Origin: Gemmatimonadota bacterium
GTDB taxonomy: Bacteria; Gemmatimonadota; Gemmatimonadetes; Gemmatimonadales; Gemmatimonadaceae
Assembly (NCBI GenBank): GCA_031372565.1
Contig: JANMLN010000051.1
Span: forward strand, 1 to 54,792
DNA: 54,792 bases
Direction: 5' to 3'
The position numbers and the translations under genes are program-made. The notes beneath the pieces are model-generated. The model did no database searches. It worked only from the letters and a program-made list of their open reading frames with translations, and was not told where the DNA came from. How positions within the stretch are numbered: position 1 is the first letter of the stretch; each line of letters opens with the position of its first letter. Positions 38,430 through 47,539 of this stretch are shown here, one piece after another.

Positions 38430-39256
38430 CCCGTCAACGGCACGTCGGCACCGCGACGCGCTGCGTCGCGCTCGTACCAGCCATCATCGCGGCGCTCGGA
38501 GCGGCCGGATGCCACGCCCGGAGCGATGCCGCGGAGCGGCGCCCCCCCGCGGCCGCGTCCGTCGTGGCCGCCGCGCCCGACACGGAACCAGCCGCCCTCC
38601 CCGGACTGCCGGCCTCCCGCTTTCCCGATCCGGTGCGCCCGGTCGCGTCGATCGTCGCGCCGCAGTGGAGCAACGAGGATGAGCGCGACGACGCGGGCGA
38701 AGCGCAGGACGTGATGGACCGGCTGAAGATCGGCCCCGGGCAACGGGTCGCGGACATCGGCGCCGGACTCGGCTACTACGTCGTCCGCCTCGCCGAGCGG
38801 GTGGGCGCACGCGGCGTGGTCTATGCGCAAGACATCATGCCCGACTACCTCGCGTCGCTCCGCGCGCGGGTGCGCGAGGAGCGCCTGGCAAACGTCCGCG
38901 TCATCACGGCGCAGCCGCACGACCCGTTGCTGCCGGCGGGGCGCGTCGAGTTGGCGCTCATGATCCACATGTACCACGAGATCTCGGCGCCGTACGCCTT
39001 GTTGTGGAACCTGGTGCCGTCCATGACAGCCGGGGCGCGCATCGCGGTGCTCGATCTCGAGCGTCCGACCGCGTACCACGGGACGCCGCTGCCCGTGCTC
39101 ACGTGCGAGTTCGCGGCGGTCGGCTACGTGCGCGACACCGTCTGGCGGCGGAGCCCCGAGGAGTACGTGGCGGTGTTCCGGGCGCCGACGGTCGCACAAC
39201 GCCCCTCACCCGAGGCACTCCGCGCCGCCTTGGCGCGCGCGCCCTGCCGGCCATGA
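38426..39256 (+). CDS. SAM-dependent methyltransferase with lipoprotein-like signal
   Basis: VADIGAGLGYY, VYAQDI and MYHEI; N-terminal LGAAG|C. ATGA overlap with the previous gene. Confidence 0.85.
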   Translation: MTRQRHVGTATRCVALVPAIIAALGAAGCHARSDAAERRPPAAASVVAAAPDTEPAALPGLPASRFPDPVRPVASIVAPQWSNEDERDDAGEAQDVMDRLKIGPGQRVADIGAGLGYYVVRLAERVGARGVVYAQDIMPDYLASLRARVREERLANVRVITAQPHDPLLPAGRVELALMIHMYHEISAPYALLWNLVPSMTAGARIAVLDLERPTAYHGTPLPVLTCEFAAVGYVRDTVWRRSPEEYVAVFRAPTVAQRPSPEALRAALARAPCRP

Positions 39257-39702
39257 GGCACGGTCACGACGATGACGCGCGTGTCCTGCGGGTCAACGGG
39301 CATGTGACCATCCCGCGCAGCGAACTCGACGTGCGCGCCTCGCGCGCGGGCGGTCCCGGCGGACAGCACGTGAACACGTCGAGTACGCGCGTGGAAGTCA
39401 CCTGGCGGCCCGGTCAGTCGGCGGCGCTGAGCGAGGCGCAGCGCGCGCGCGTGCTCGAGAAGCTGGCCACCCGCCTCGACGCGAGCGGGGCGATCCGCGT
39501 GGTGGCCTCCGACACGCGCAGTCAGTCGCAGAACCGCGAACTGGCCGAAGGGCGACTGGCCGAGCTGGTGCGGGCTGCGCTGGTCGTGCCGAAGGTGCGC
39601 CGCGCGACGAAACCGACGCGCTCGAGCAAGGAACGGCGCATCGGCGAGAAGAAGAAGCAGGGCGAGCGGAAGCGGGACCGCCGGCGACGCGAGGACGAGT
39701 AG
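39253..39702 (+). CDS. arfB: Alternative ribosome rescue peptidyl-tRNA hydrolase ArfB
   Basis: RAGGPGGQHVN (GGQ), RSQSQNRE and a basic tail RRATKPTRSSKERR. Confidence 0.95.
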   Translation: MRHGHDDDARVLRVNGHVTIPRSELDVRASRAGGPGGQHVNTSSTRVEVTWRPGQSAALSEAQRARVLEKLATRLDASGAIRVVASDTRSQSQNRELAEGRLAELVRAALVVPKVRRATKPTRSSKERRIGEKKKQGERKRDRRRREDE

Positions 39703-39739
39703 CTACCGAGCAGCAACCGAGGAGCGGCCAGACGGAGCG

Positions 39740-40489
39740 TCAGGCGCTCTCGTGATGCTCCTTCTTGAGCTTGGCGAGCCCGTCTCGCGCGAAGGTGGCC
39801 GCCTGCGAGCCCGGGAATCGATCGATGATCACGCGCAACTCCACGATCGCGCGCCCGCGGTCGTTGAGTGGGCCCAGGTAGAGGTCCACCAAGCGGTGGC
39901 TGGCGTAGAGCACCTTCTCGGGCGGCGTCTGCGGCAGTGCGCGGAGCCGCCGCAGCAACTCCGCCGCACGAGACGGTTCACGCTTGTGGTCGAGGTAGAC
40001 GTTGGCCGCACGAACGATCAGCTCGATGTCCTCGGGATGCACGGTGAGTTCGGATTCGAATGCCATGATCGCTTCGTCAATCCGGCCGCCGGCGACGAGC
40101 GCCTCGTACGACGAGAACTGGCGCTGGTACGGCGTCGTGCTTCCGCTCGGCACGACGAAGCTCCCCACCGACTTGCCGGTGCCGCGCGCGAAGGCCATGG
40201 ATCCGAAGAGGATCACGAGCCCGGCCGTCAACCCGAACCCGAAGGTCACGCCGATCGTGGCGAGTGGTCCCAGCCCGCGCTGGTAGGCCATCAGAAAGCC
40301 GAGGATGCACATCATCGGCGTCAGCGTGAAGAACGCGTAGATCGCCGTCGGGGCGATCGACCCATCGTCCCCGAAGCGATCCGTCAACCCGCGCCGATAC
40401 TTGGACCGGGGGGGGAGCAGCGACGCCGGTGACGGCGGCGGACGCCGGAAGTCTTCGGGACGGTCGGTCGGGGGTTCGGGGAGCCGCAT
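39740..40489 (-). CDS. Two-TM membrane protein with C-terminal TPR-like domain
   Basis: Two hydrophobic segments followed by helical repeats (AIVELRVIIDRFPGSQAA). Confidence 0.65.
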   Translation of the reverse strand: MRLPEPPTDRPEDFRRPPPSPASLLPPRSKYRRGLTDRFGDDGSIAPTAIYAFFTLTPMMCILGFLMAYQRGLGPLATIGVTFGFGLTAGLVILFGSMAFARGTGKSVGSFVVPSGSTTPYQRQFSSYEALVAGGRIDEAIMAFESELTVHPEDIELIVRAANVYLDHKREPSRAAELLRRLRALPQTPPEKVLYASHRLVDLYLGPLNDRGRAIVELRVIIDRFPGSQAATFARDGLAKLKKEHHESA

Positions 40490-40607
40490 GCCGGAATGCT
40501 CGTTCCCCAAGCCGTTCTCGGCAACCCTCCCCGCGATCGGGAACCTTGAGCCCGGGTATCCGGGTAAGCAGCTTGCAGTCTCACCTCCACTCGACACCGA
40601 GCGAACG

Positions 40608-41120
40608 ATGCGACTTTCGACCGTCTTCCCACCTGCGACCCGCACGCTGGCCCTGGTTGCGCTGACGTTTGTCTCCAGCGCCTGCCTGACCGGCCGGCGC
40701 GTCGGCGACGAAGTGGTGACCACGGTGCGCCAGGCCGAGGTCTCGTTCGAGTTCAAGAGCTGCGTCCGCCGACGCGACATCCTCACGTGCACGTTCATGG
40801 TGGCCAACGAGGCACGGGACGCCAAGCTCTTCCTCGAGCGCAAGGATGTGCGCGCCGTCGCCGATGGTGTCGAGCTGCCGATCGCGCAGATCCGGTTCGG
40901 CGGCACCATGGTCCAGGAAGTGAACTACATCCTGCAGAACGGCGTGCCGATGAAGTTCGAGGTGGATTTCGCCAACTCGCGCGACATCGGCGAGCGCCTC
41001 CGCGTGCTCGAGCTCAGCATCTCGCTGTTCGACCGGACGCCCACGGGCGAGTGGACCAAGAACTTGCTCGGTGAGGACCTCACGCGCACCGTGCGGTTCC
41101 GGAACGTGAAGGTCGAGTAG
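40608..41120 (+). CDS. Hypothetical lipoprotein (beta-sandwich-like)
   Basis: Signal ending VSSA|C; codon usage typical of the window's genes. Confidence 0.7.
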   Translation: MRLSTVFPPATRTLALVALTFVSSACLTGRRVGDEVVTTVRQAEVSFEFKSCVRRRDILTCTFMVANEARDAKLFLERKDVRAVADGVELPIAQIRFGGTMVQEVNYILQNGVPMKFEVDFANSRDIGERLRVLELSISLFDRTPTGEWTKNLLGEDLTRTVRFRNVKVE

Positions 41121-41142
41121 ACGCCGCGAGGGGGGCGCCGGC

Positions 41143-43590
41143 TTACGGCTCCTCCCCGAACGGGTCACCCGGGGGCGCGACCAGCGCGCGCGTGAGCGGC
41201 GGCAGCTCGCGTCGATCCTGCCAGCGAGCGATGTCCGCAGCCACTGATTGCCAGTGCGCCGCTGTCGCCCCGCGTTCGGCCGCACCAGCCGCCTTGGCCC
41301 GTGCGAGCGCCACGGTGCGCAGCGCCGCGAGCTTGTATTCGGCCATGGCGCGCACGACGCTCGCGGCCGTTGCATCCGCCGCGAGTTGGACCAGCCGCTC
41401 CGCCACCGCGCGCTGCGCGGCCATCTGAATCGCGGCGTGCTTGCGAGGGCCCGACGGCGCTGGTGCGTTCCACGTCGCGGCAACCAGTGCGTCGATCGTT
41501 TCGGCGAGCGAGAGCTGGCCAGCGTCGCGCGCGCCCTGTTGGGCAAGTCGCCCCGCGCGCTGCGGTTGCAGGACGCCGTCGACGATCATCTGGGCGAGCG
41601 TGCGCGCCGCACCGAACTCATCGAACGACGGCGTGGTGCGCGACCGGAAGAGCTCCACCGAGTTCGACTCGAGACCGAAGGCACGCGGCGCAAGGAGCGT
41701 GACCACGGTATCGGGAATGGCGAGCTCGGCGGGGGCCAGCTGCGCGAGCAACAGCTGCAGCGCGGCGCGCTGTCGTACGGCCGGGACCACGCGGGTCGCC
41801 TGCTGTCCGTCGCCGACGACCGCGTTGGCGTACTCCATGCCGCCGATGGCCTTGGTCACGCCGTTGAGGGCGAAGCGATGCCAGAAGTAGAGCGGGACGA
41901 ACCGGTCCTGCAGCAGCGCCACCGGCTCGCCAGCGCGCAGGTTGCCGAGCCCGAACTGCCGCATGGCTACGCGCCGTACCTCGGTCTGGTGACGCAAGAA
42001 CTCCTCGGGAGTGCCGGCGTCGTCCCAGAGCGTGACGCGGGGATCGCTCGCGAACTCGGGGCGCGCATCGCCATCGGTCAGGAAGAGATATCCCTTGGCG
42101 AGTCCGTCCTTCACGATGGCGCGGAGTGAATCGGTTTCGCTCGCGGGCGGATAGACGCCGTACCCCCAGCGGATGGCCCACACGTCATAGGTGCCCGGGC
42201 CCGCGGTGTACGCCTGACTCAGATCGATGCGTCCCGCGGCATCGAGCCGTACGCGCGGCGCCGGGTAGTCCATGACCGATCCGCGCTCGTAGGTGCTCGC
42301 GAGGTAGTTGTGCGCGATCCCGAGCGTGTGGCCGATCTCGTGCGCGGTCACCTGCCGCACGCGGGCGAGGATGAACGCGGTGTCGGCCGCCGCCGGAGCG
42401 GCGCCCACGAGCGCGGCGTAGAGGTTGTAGTCCGTGCGCGCCCGATGCGAGTCCATGCGCGCCATCGCCTTGAGGATCTCGCCCGAGCGCGGGTCGCCCA
42501 CACTGCCACCGATCGACCAGCCACGTTCGTTGCGATTGACCCACTGCACCACGTTGTAGCGCGCGTCCATGGGATCGGCGCCCTCGGGCAGCAGCTCGAC
42601 GCGGAACCCGCCCACGAGTCCCGCACGATCGAAGGCCTGCACCCAGAAGCGTGCGCCTTCCAGGGTGGCGGAGCGTATCGGTTCGGGGATGCCACGGTCG
42701 ATGTAGTACGTTATCGGCTTCACGATCGGCGACCGGCCGTCGTTCGGATCGACGCGCTCGATGCGGTGCCGCGCGATGTAGCGGACGTCGAGCGGCCGCT
42801 GCACGTCGCGCGCGTAATCCTTGAAGCTCGGCCCGAAGAAGCCGACGCGCGCATCGCCTTCACGCGGACGGAAGCGATCATCGGGCAGCCGCACGAACGA
42901 GTGGTGCATCCGGACCTGCACGGCGCGTCCGTCCGGCGCGACCTGCGACAGGATCGGTCCGGCGCGCCCCTGCGCCACGTAGGTGAGCGCCACGTCGAGT
43001 TCACTGTTGTCGGCAAAGCCGCGCGTGTTCGCGCGCAGCGCGCCCGAGCGGTCCCGCGCGACCTGGTAACTCCCCTGCCCCGTCTCCTGCAGTGTCCCGG
43101 CGACGTCGAGCCAGTCGCGCAGCGCGAAGTCGGTCGCATCCACCAGGAAGCGTCCCCCTTCCTCGGCCACGATCGGCAGCGCCGCCACCACGGAGTTCGG
43201 GAAGCTCTCGCGCACGCTGCGAGCGTTGTCGGGGGTTCCGCTCGAGCGATACCGCGTGTTCTCGAACACCACGAGCACGCGATCGGCCAGCCGCTCGAAA
43301 CGCACGAGGTTGTCGAGCTGGCCCCCCCCACGGTCGACGCCGATGGGATTGGAGCCGAGTCCCGTGGCCTGGTTCACGAAGTGCAGCGCGCGCAACGAGT
43401 CGCGGGGAATTTCGAGGTACACCTTGCCCGACTTGTCGTCGAGATAGATCGGCAGGAAGCCGTCCACACGGGCGAAGCCCGCGGTCCTGGCGGCGATGCC
43501 CGTGGGAGCAGCAGCCGGCTGCTGGGCGGCCAGCGGCGGCACGACGATCAGGGCAGCAACGAGCGCAACGACGTGGTGAATGCGGGTCAT
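41143..43590 (-). CDS. Secreted zinc-dependent metalloprotease (EcxA-like, DUF5117/DUF4953 type)
   Basis: Signal peptide, HEIGHTLGIAHN zincin motif, SVMDY Met-turn, DPRSGEI and RVGFF. Confidence 0.9.
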   Translation of the reverse strand: MTRIHHVVALVAALIVVPPLAAQQPAAAPTGIAARTAGFARVDGFLPIYLDDKSGKVYLEIPRDSLRALHFVNQATGLGSNPIGVDRGGGQLDNLVRFERLADRVLVVFENTRYRSSGTPDNARSVRESFPNSVVAALPIVAEEGGRFLVDATDFALRDWLDVAGTLQETGQGSYQVARDRSGALRANTRGFADNSELDVALTYVAQGRAGPILSQVAPDGRAVQVRMHHSFVRLPDDRFRPREGDARVGFFGPSFKDYARDVQRPLDVRYIARHRIERVDPNDGRSPIVKPITYYIDRGIPEPIRSATLEGARFWVQAFDRAGLVGGFRVELLPEGADPMDARYNVVQWVNRNERGWSIGGSVGDPRSGEILKAMARMDSHRARTDYNLYAALVGAAPAAADTAFILARVRQVTAHEIGHTLGIAHNYLASTYERGSVMDYPAPRVRLDAAGRIDLSQAYTAGPGTYDVWAIRWGYGVYPPASETDSLRAIVKDGLAKGYLFLTDGDARPEFASDPRVTLWDDAGTPEEFLRHQTEVRRVAMRQFGLGNLRAGEPVALLQDRFVPLYFWHRFALNGVTKAIGGMEYANAVVGDGQQATRVVPAVRQRAALQLLLAQLAPAELAIPDTVVTLLAPRAFGLESNSVELFRSRTTPSFDEFGAARTLAQMIVDGVLQPQRAGRLAQQGARDAGQLSLAETIDALVAATWNAPAPSGPRKHAAIQMAAQRAVAERLVQLAADATAASVVRAMAEYKLAALRTVALARAKAAGAAERGATAAHWQSVAADIARWQDRRELPPLTRALVAPPGDPFGEEP

Positions 43591-43648
43591 GGGCCTCAGG
43601 CCTGTATGGAGCCGGATACGGCGGGCGCGTGGCATCGCGCCCGGGCCA

Positions 43649-44926
43649 TTACCGGATGGTCGGAACGTTCGCGGGGGTCATCGTGCGCTTCCGATGCCGC
43701 TTGTCGGCATACATGGTCGCATCGGCGCGCTCGATGGTGTCGGGCAGCTGGTCCGCGCGACTGTACGATTCGGCGCCCAACGACAGCGCCAGCGGGACCT
43801 GCTCGCCGCCGTGGGTCTCGCTCAGCGTGAGGGGGGGCGCCGCCTCGATGACCGCCGACAAGCGGCCCGCCACGCCGTCCACCTTCGCACCTGGCATCAC
43901 GAGCAGGAACTCGTCGCCACCCCAGCGATAGAGGCGGTCGAGCGGCCGGATCTGCTCGCGCAGCACGCTGGCGAAATAGGCCAGCAGTTCATCGCCGACC
44001 GCATGGCCGTAGCGATCGTTCACCCACTTGAGGTTGTCCATGTCGAGCATGACGACCGTGCCGAACGTCGACTTGGCGAACTCGAGCCCGATGCCCTCGT
44101 CGTACGCGCGGCGATTCAGGCATCCCGTCAGCGGGTCATACAGCGCCATGCGCCGCAGGCGGTCGTTGGTCACGCTCAGCTCGGCGCGGGCGTCATCGAC
44201 TTCACGCCGGGCGTCTTCGAGCTGGATGACCATCATGCCGAACCCGAGCAGCATCAAGGCGAGCAGATCGATGTAGCCATGGTAGGTGGCGAGGTCATTC
44301 CAGAAGCCGTGACTCGACGGACGGAACATGGGCAGCGCGCCGTAGGCGGCCGCGTAGGCGAGCCAGAGGAGCGCCTGCGCCACGAAGACCGCACCCGTCA
44401 TGCGCGTACCAAGGCCCGCGCGCGAGCCTGGCAGCGTGAGCAGAAGCCATGCACACCAGCCGTATGCGAGCACGGCCGGTCCGGTCAGCCAGCGCGTCAC
44501 GCTCATCGAGCCGTCGCCGCCACCAACCGCCAGCGCGGCCCACACCGCCGACAGCAGGGTCACGATCCGGAAGAATCGCTGGTGGTTGAACCCCCGCGTG
44601 TACATGGCCGTGCCAGCGATCAGCAGCGCGAGAAAGAGCAACCGACCGAAGGCGGACAGCGCGAGCAACGCGCGGATCACCGGCGAGTCCGCTCCACCCG
44701 TTTCGGCAATCAGGGCGGGTGGCGCCATCTGGTACAGCGTCTCGACCACGACGGCGCCGACCGCCGCACACAGTGCGCCCCAGGCTTCACCCCACGTCGA
44801 GAAATAGGTGCGCCGAGGGCTGTAGCGCCGCATGACCACGAACAGCCCGACCAGCAAGCCGGTCGCGCCGAGCTGGGTCCACTGGCCGATCAGTTGGATC
44901 AGGGAATTGCTGGACGCGGCGTTCAT
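43649..44926 (-). CDS. Multi-TM diguanylate cyclase
   Basis: About 7 TM segments, DPLTGCLNRR, KWVNDRYGHAVGD, RxxD I-site (RPLD) and intact GGDEF. Confidence 0.93.
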   Translation of the reverse strand: MNAASSNSLIQLIGQWTQLGATGLLVGLFVVMRRYSPRRTYFSTWGEAWGALCAAVGAVVVETLYQMAPPALIAETGGADSPVIRALLALSAFGRLLFLALLIAGTAMYTRGFNHQRFFRIVTLLSAVWAALAVGGGDGSMSVTRWLTGPAVLAYGWCAWLLLTLPGSRAGLGTRMTGAVFVAQALLWLAYAAAYGALPMFRPSSHGFWNDLATYHGYIDLLALMLLGFGMMVIQLEDARREVDDARAELSVTNDRLRRMALYDPLTGCLNRRAYDEGIGLEFAKSTFGTVVMLDMDNLKWVNDRYGHAVGDELLAYFASVLREQIRPLDRLYRWGGDEFLLVMPGAKVDGVAGRLSAVIEAAPPLTLSETHGGEQVPLALSLGAESYSRADQLPDTIERADATMYADKRHRKRTMTPANVPTIR

Positions 44927-45019
44927 GACCGAGGGCGATGGACCAACAGGCGGCGCATGCGGAAAAGTCGGCCGCTGGGGGCGCTCCTCGCAAGGTGCAG
45001 AGGCAATCTGCCCCTATCG

Positions 45020-45125
45020 CACCGCTAGCTTGCACGGCATGCATGTCCGTCCGATCGCGCCGTCTGACCGTCGCACCGCGCGACTCGCCGCTCGCATCCT
45101 CGTGCGCGCGGTCATGGGGTCCTGA
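45020..45125 (+). pseudogene. 5' stub of the DUF983 gene (repeat copy C)
   Basis: 45020-45116 matches 51110-51206 with ~4 mismatches. Encodes MHVRPIAPSDRRTARLAARILVRAVM, then diverges to a stop. Confidence 0.85.
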
Positions 45126-45273
45126 TCGATCGCTGGTGCAGGCGGGACGCACCATGATATCAGGCTCCACTTGGGGGACGCGCGAAGGATCGCCACGCTT
45201 GGCCAAGCTCGAAACCGATGCTTGCTATTCCGTACTCTACCCTGCCCAATCACTCCGGAAGAGCCGTCAGACG

Positions 45274-46815
45274 ATGACCGAGACCTTCGAGAGCGCCATC
45301 CCCGCTGACGAGACGTCCGCGCCCCGACACTCCGTCCTGGCGGCGCTCGCCTTCGTTGTTCTCTTCCTCGTGCTCATCGTTTCCGCGGCCGCGCCCACCG
45401 CGCGCGCGCAGGACGCCACCGCCGCGCGCCCGGCCATCGTCTTCTCGCACGTCAACGTCGTGGATGTGGTGAGCGGCAAGATCCTACCGGACATGCGCGT
45501 CGAGGTTGCCGGTGGGTACATCCGCTTCGTCGGCAAGGAGGCCAGCGCCGGTATGCGGAGCACGGGCCCGATCGTCATTGACGGCGCGGGCAAGTACCTC
45601 ATGCCGGGGCTCTGGGACATGCACATCCACAGCGCCTATCCACTCTTTCCCGCGCTCATGGCGCCGCAATACGTCGTCAATGGCGTGACCGGCGTGCGCG
45701 AGATGTTCGGCGACCTCGTGGTCGTGAAGCAGTGGCGCGCCACGCGGGCGTCGGCCGACACGGTCTGGCCGCGCATCGTGGCGTCGGGCCACATCGTGGA
45801 CGGCAAGCCGCCCATCTGGCCGACCTCGGTTGTCGCGGTGACCGAGGCCGACGGTCGTCGCGCCGTGGATTCGCTCAAGGCGGCGGGCGCCGACTTCATC
45901 AAGGTGTACTCGTTGCTCCCGCGCGCGGCGTACCTGGGGGTGGCGAGGCGCGCCAGGGAAGTCGGCATCCCGTTCGCGGGCCACGTCAGCTACAGCATGA
46001 CTGTCCTCGAGGCGAGCGACCTCGGCCAGAAGTCCATCGAGCACATGGACGGCGTGATCCGCGCCTGCTCGGCGCGCGACGCCGAGTTCCGGCCGGTGGT
46101 GCGCGATATCGTCGAGCGTGGCTTCGGCTTCGACTCGATCGTGAGCGCGGGCCGCGTGCAGAACGAGGCGTTGCTCGATTCACAGGACCCGGCGGCCTGC
46201 GCGCGCCTCGCGGCAACGCTGCGCAAGAACGGCACCTGGCTCTCGCCGACCCTCACCGTGCTGCACGGCATGGGCTGGGCCGACGACACCACCCAGCTCA
46301 GCGACCCGCGGCTGCCGTACCTTCCCCGGTTCCTGACGGCAGGGTGGAACCCGAAGAACGACTTCCGCCTCAAGTCGATGACGCCGGAAGCGTGGGCGCG
46401 CCGCAAGCGCGAGTTCAAGCGCAACCAGGAGCTCGTGCGCTACATGCACGAGCAGGGGGTCGGCCTCATCGCCGGCACGGACATGTTGAATCCGTGGGTC
46501 TTTCCGGGCTGGTCGCTGCACGATGAACTCGCGTATTACGTCGAGGCGGGACTCTCCACCGCTGACGCGCTGCGCACCGCCACCATCAACCCGGCGCGCT
46601 TCCTCGGCAAGGCCGACTCCACCGGCACGATCGCCATGGGCAAGTGGGCCGACTTGGTGCTGCTCGACGCCAATCCGCTCGAGAACATCCGCAACACGAC
46701 AAAGGTGAACACGGTGATCGCCGATGGGCGACTGGTGACGCCCGAGCGCCGCCAGGAGCTGCTCGCGGAAGCTCGGCGTCTGTCCCGGCCCAACGTGCCG
46801 GCACGAAAGCCGTAG
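45274..46815 (+). CDS. Secreted amidohydrolase-family protein
   Basis: Signal peptide, IDGAGKYLMPGLWDMHIH, GADFIKVY, SIEH, AGTD, ATINPA and ADLVLLDANPL. Confidence 0.92.
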   Translation: MTETFESAIPADETSAPRHSVLAALAFVVLFLVLIVSAAAPTARAQDATAARPAIVFSHVNVVDVVSGKILPDMRVEVAGGYIRFVGKEASAGMRSTGPIVIDGAGKYLMPGLWDMHIHSAYPLFPALMAPQYVVNGVTGVREMFGDLVVVKQWRATRASADTVWPRIVASGHIVDGKPPIWPTSVVAVTEADGRRAVDSLKAAGADFIKVYSLLPRAAYLGVARRAREVGIPFAGHVSYSMTVLEASDLGQKSIEHMDGVIRACSARDAEFRPVVRDIVERGFGFDSIVSAGRVQNEALLDSQDPAACARLAATLRKNGTWLSPTLTVLHGMGWADDTTQLSDPRLPYLPRFLTAGWNPKNDFRLKSMTPEAWARRKREFKRNQELVRYMHEQGVGLIAGTDMLNPWVFPGWSLHDELAYYVEAGLSTADALRTATINPARFLGKADSTGTIAMGKWADLVLLDANPLENIRNTTKVNTVIADGRLVTPERRQELLAEARRLSRPNVPARKP

Positions 46816-46823
46816 CCGAGGCA

Positions 46824-47042
46824 CATGACGCCGTGGCAGGCGGGACACGCGAGGGGGGCAACCTCGAAGAGCTGCTGGAGCAGCGCCGCCTTCTCCCGCA
46901 GGCCGCGGGGGCGATTGGCGTACCAGCCGTAGAACCGCGTCGTGCCGTGCCCTTTGTCGGGGATATGGACCAGCACCCGGGCCAAGAACGCCAGCGGGTC
47001 CACAGTCTCGGTGCCGGCCGTTGGCCCTTCGGTCCCCTCCGA
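46824..47042 (-). pseudogene. IS91-like (Y2/HUH) transposase C-terminal fragment, apparently internally deleted
   Basis: EGPTAGTETVDPLAFLARVLVHIPDKGHGTTRFYGWYANRPRG..LLQQLFEVAPLACPACHGVM: F..R...HIP, RYYG-like and CPxC motifs of IS91-type transposases. Confidence 0.8.
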
Positions 47043-47093
47043 TCAGGACGACAGCGGCCCCTCCGCTCAACCCACCCGGGGGGACTTGCGCAA

Positions 47094-47129
47094 AACTTCT
47101 ACACGTGTAATTCTACACATGTCGAAGTT
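47094..47129. promoter_or_regulatory. BlaI/MecI/CopY-type operator (two TACA-NN-TGTA boxes within a 16-bp inverted repeat)
   Basis: AACTTCTACACGTGTA-attc-TACACATGTCGAAGTT (2 mismatches between arms), 17 nt upstream of blaI. Confidence 0.85.
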
Positions 47130-47146
47130 CTCCAGGAGCCCTGCCC

Positions 47147-47539
47147 GTGACCAAGACCCACCAGCTCACCGAGCTGCAACTCGCCATCCTCCGCCTCCTC
47201 TGGACCAAGGGGGAGGCCACCGTGGCCGACATCTGGGACGCGCTGCACGACGAGCGCGGTCTGGCCCAGTCCACCCTCGCCACGCTCCTCTCGCGCCTCG
47301 AACGGCGCGGCGTGGTCACGCACCGCACGGTGGCGCGCCAGTTCATCTACCGCGCCCTCATCACCGAGGCCGACGCGCGGCACTCCATGGTGAGCGAGCT
47401 GACGGAACGGCTCTTCGAGGGCGACGTCCCGGCCCTCGTCAGCCACCTGCTCGCCGAGCGCGACATCAGCCCGGGCGACCTCACCCGGATTCGCGCCATG
47501 CTCGATGACGCGGCCACCAAGCGGAGGAAGACCCCGTGA
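47147..47539 (+). CDS. BlaI/MecI/CopY family repressor
   Basis: LTELQLAILRLLW..GEATV, STLATLLSRLERRGVV, RQFIY and LFEGDVPALVSHL. Confidence 0.95.
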   Translation: MTKTHQLTELQLAILRLLWTKGEATVADIWDALHDERGLAQSTLATLLSRLERRGVVTHRTVARQFIYRALITEADARHSMVSELTERLFEGDVPALVSHLLAERDISPGDLTRIRAMLDDAATKRRKTP

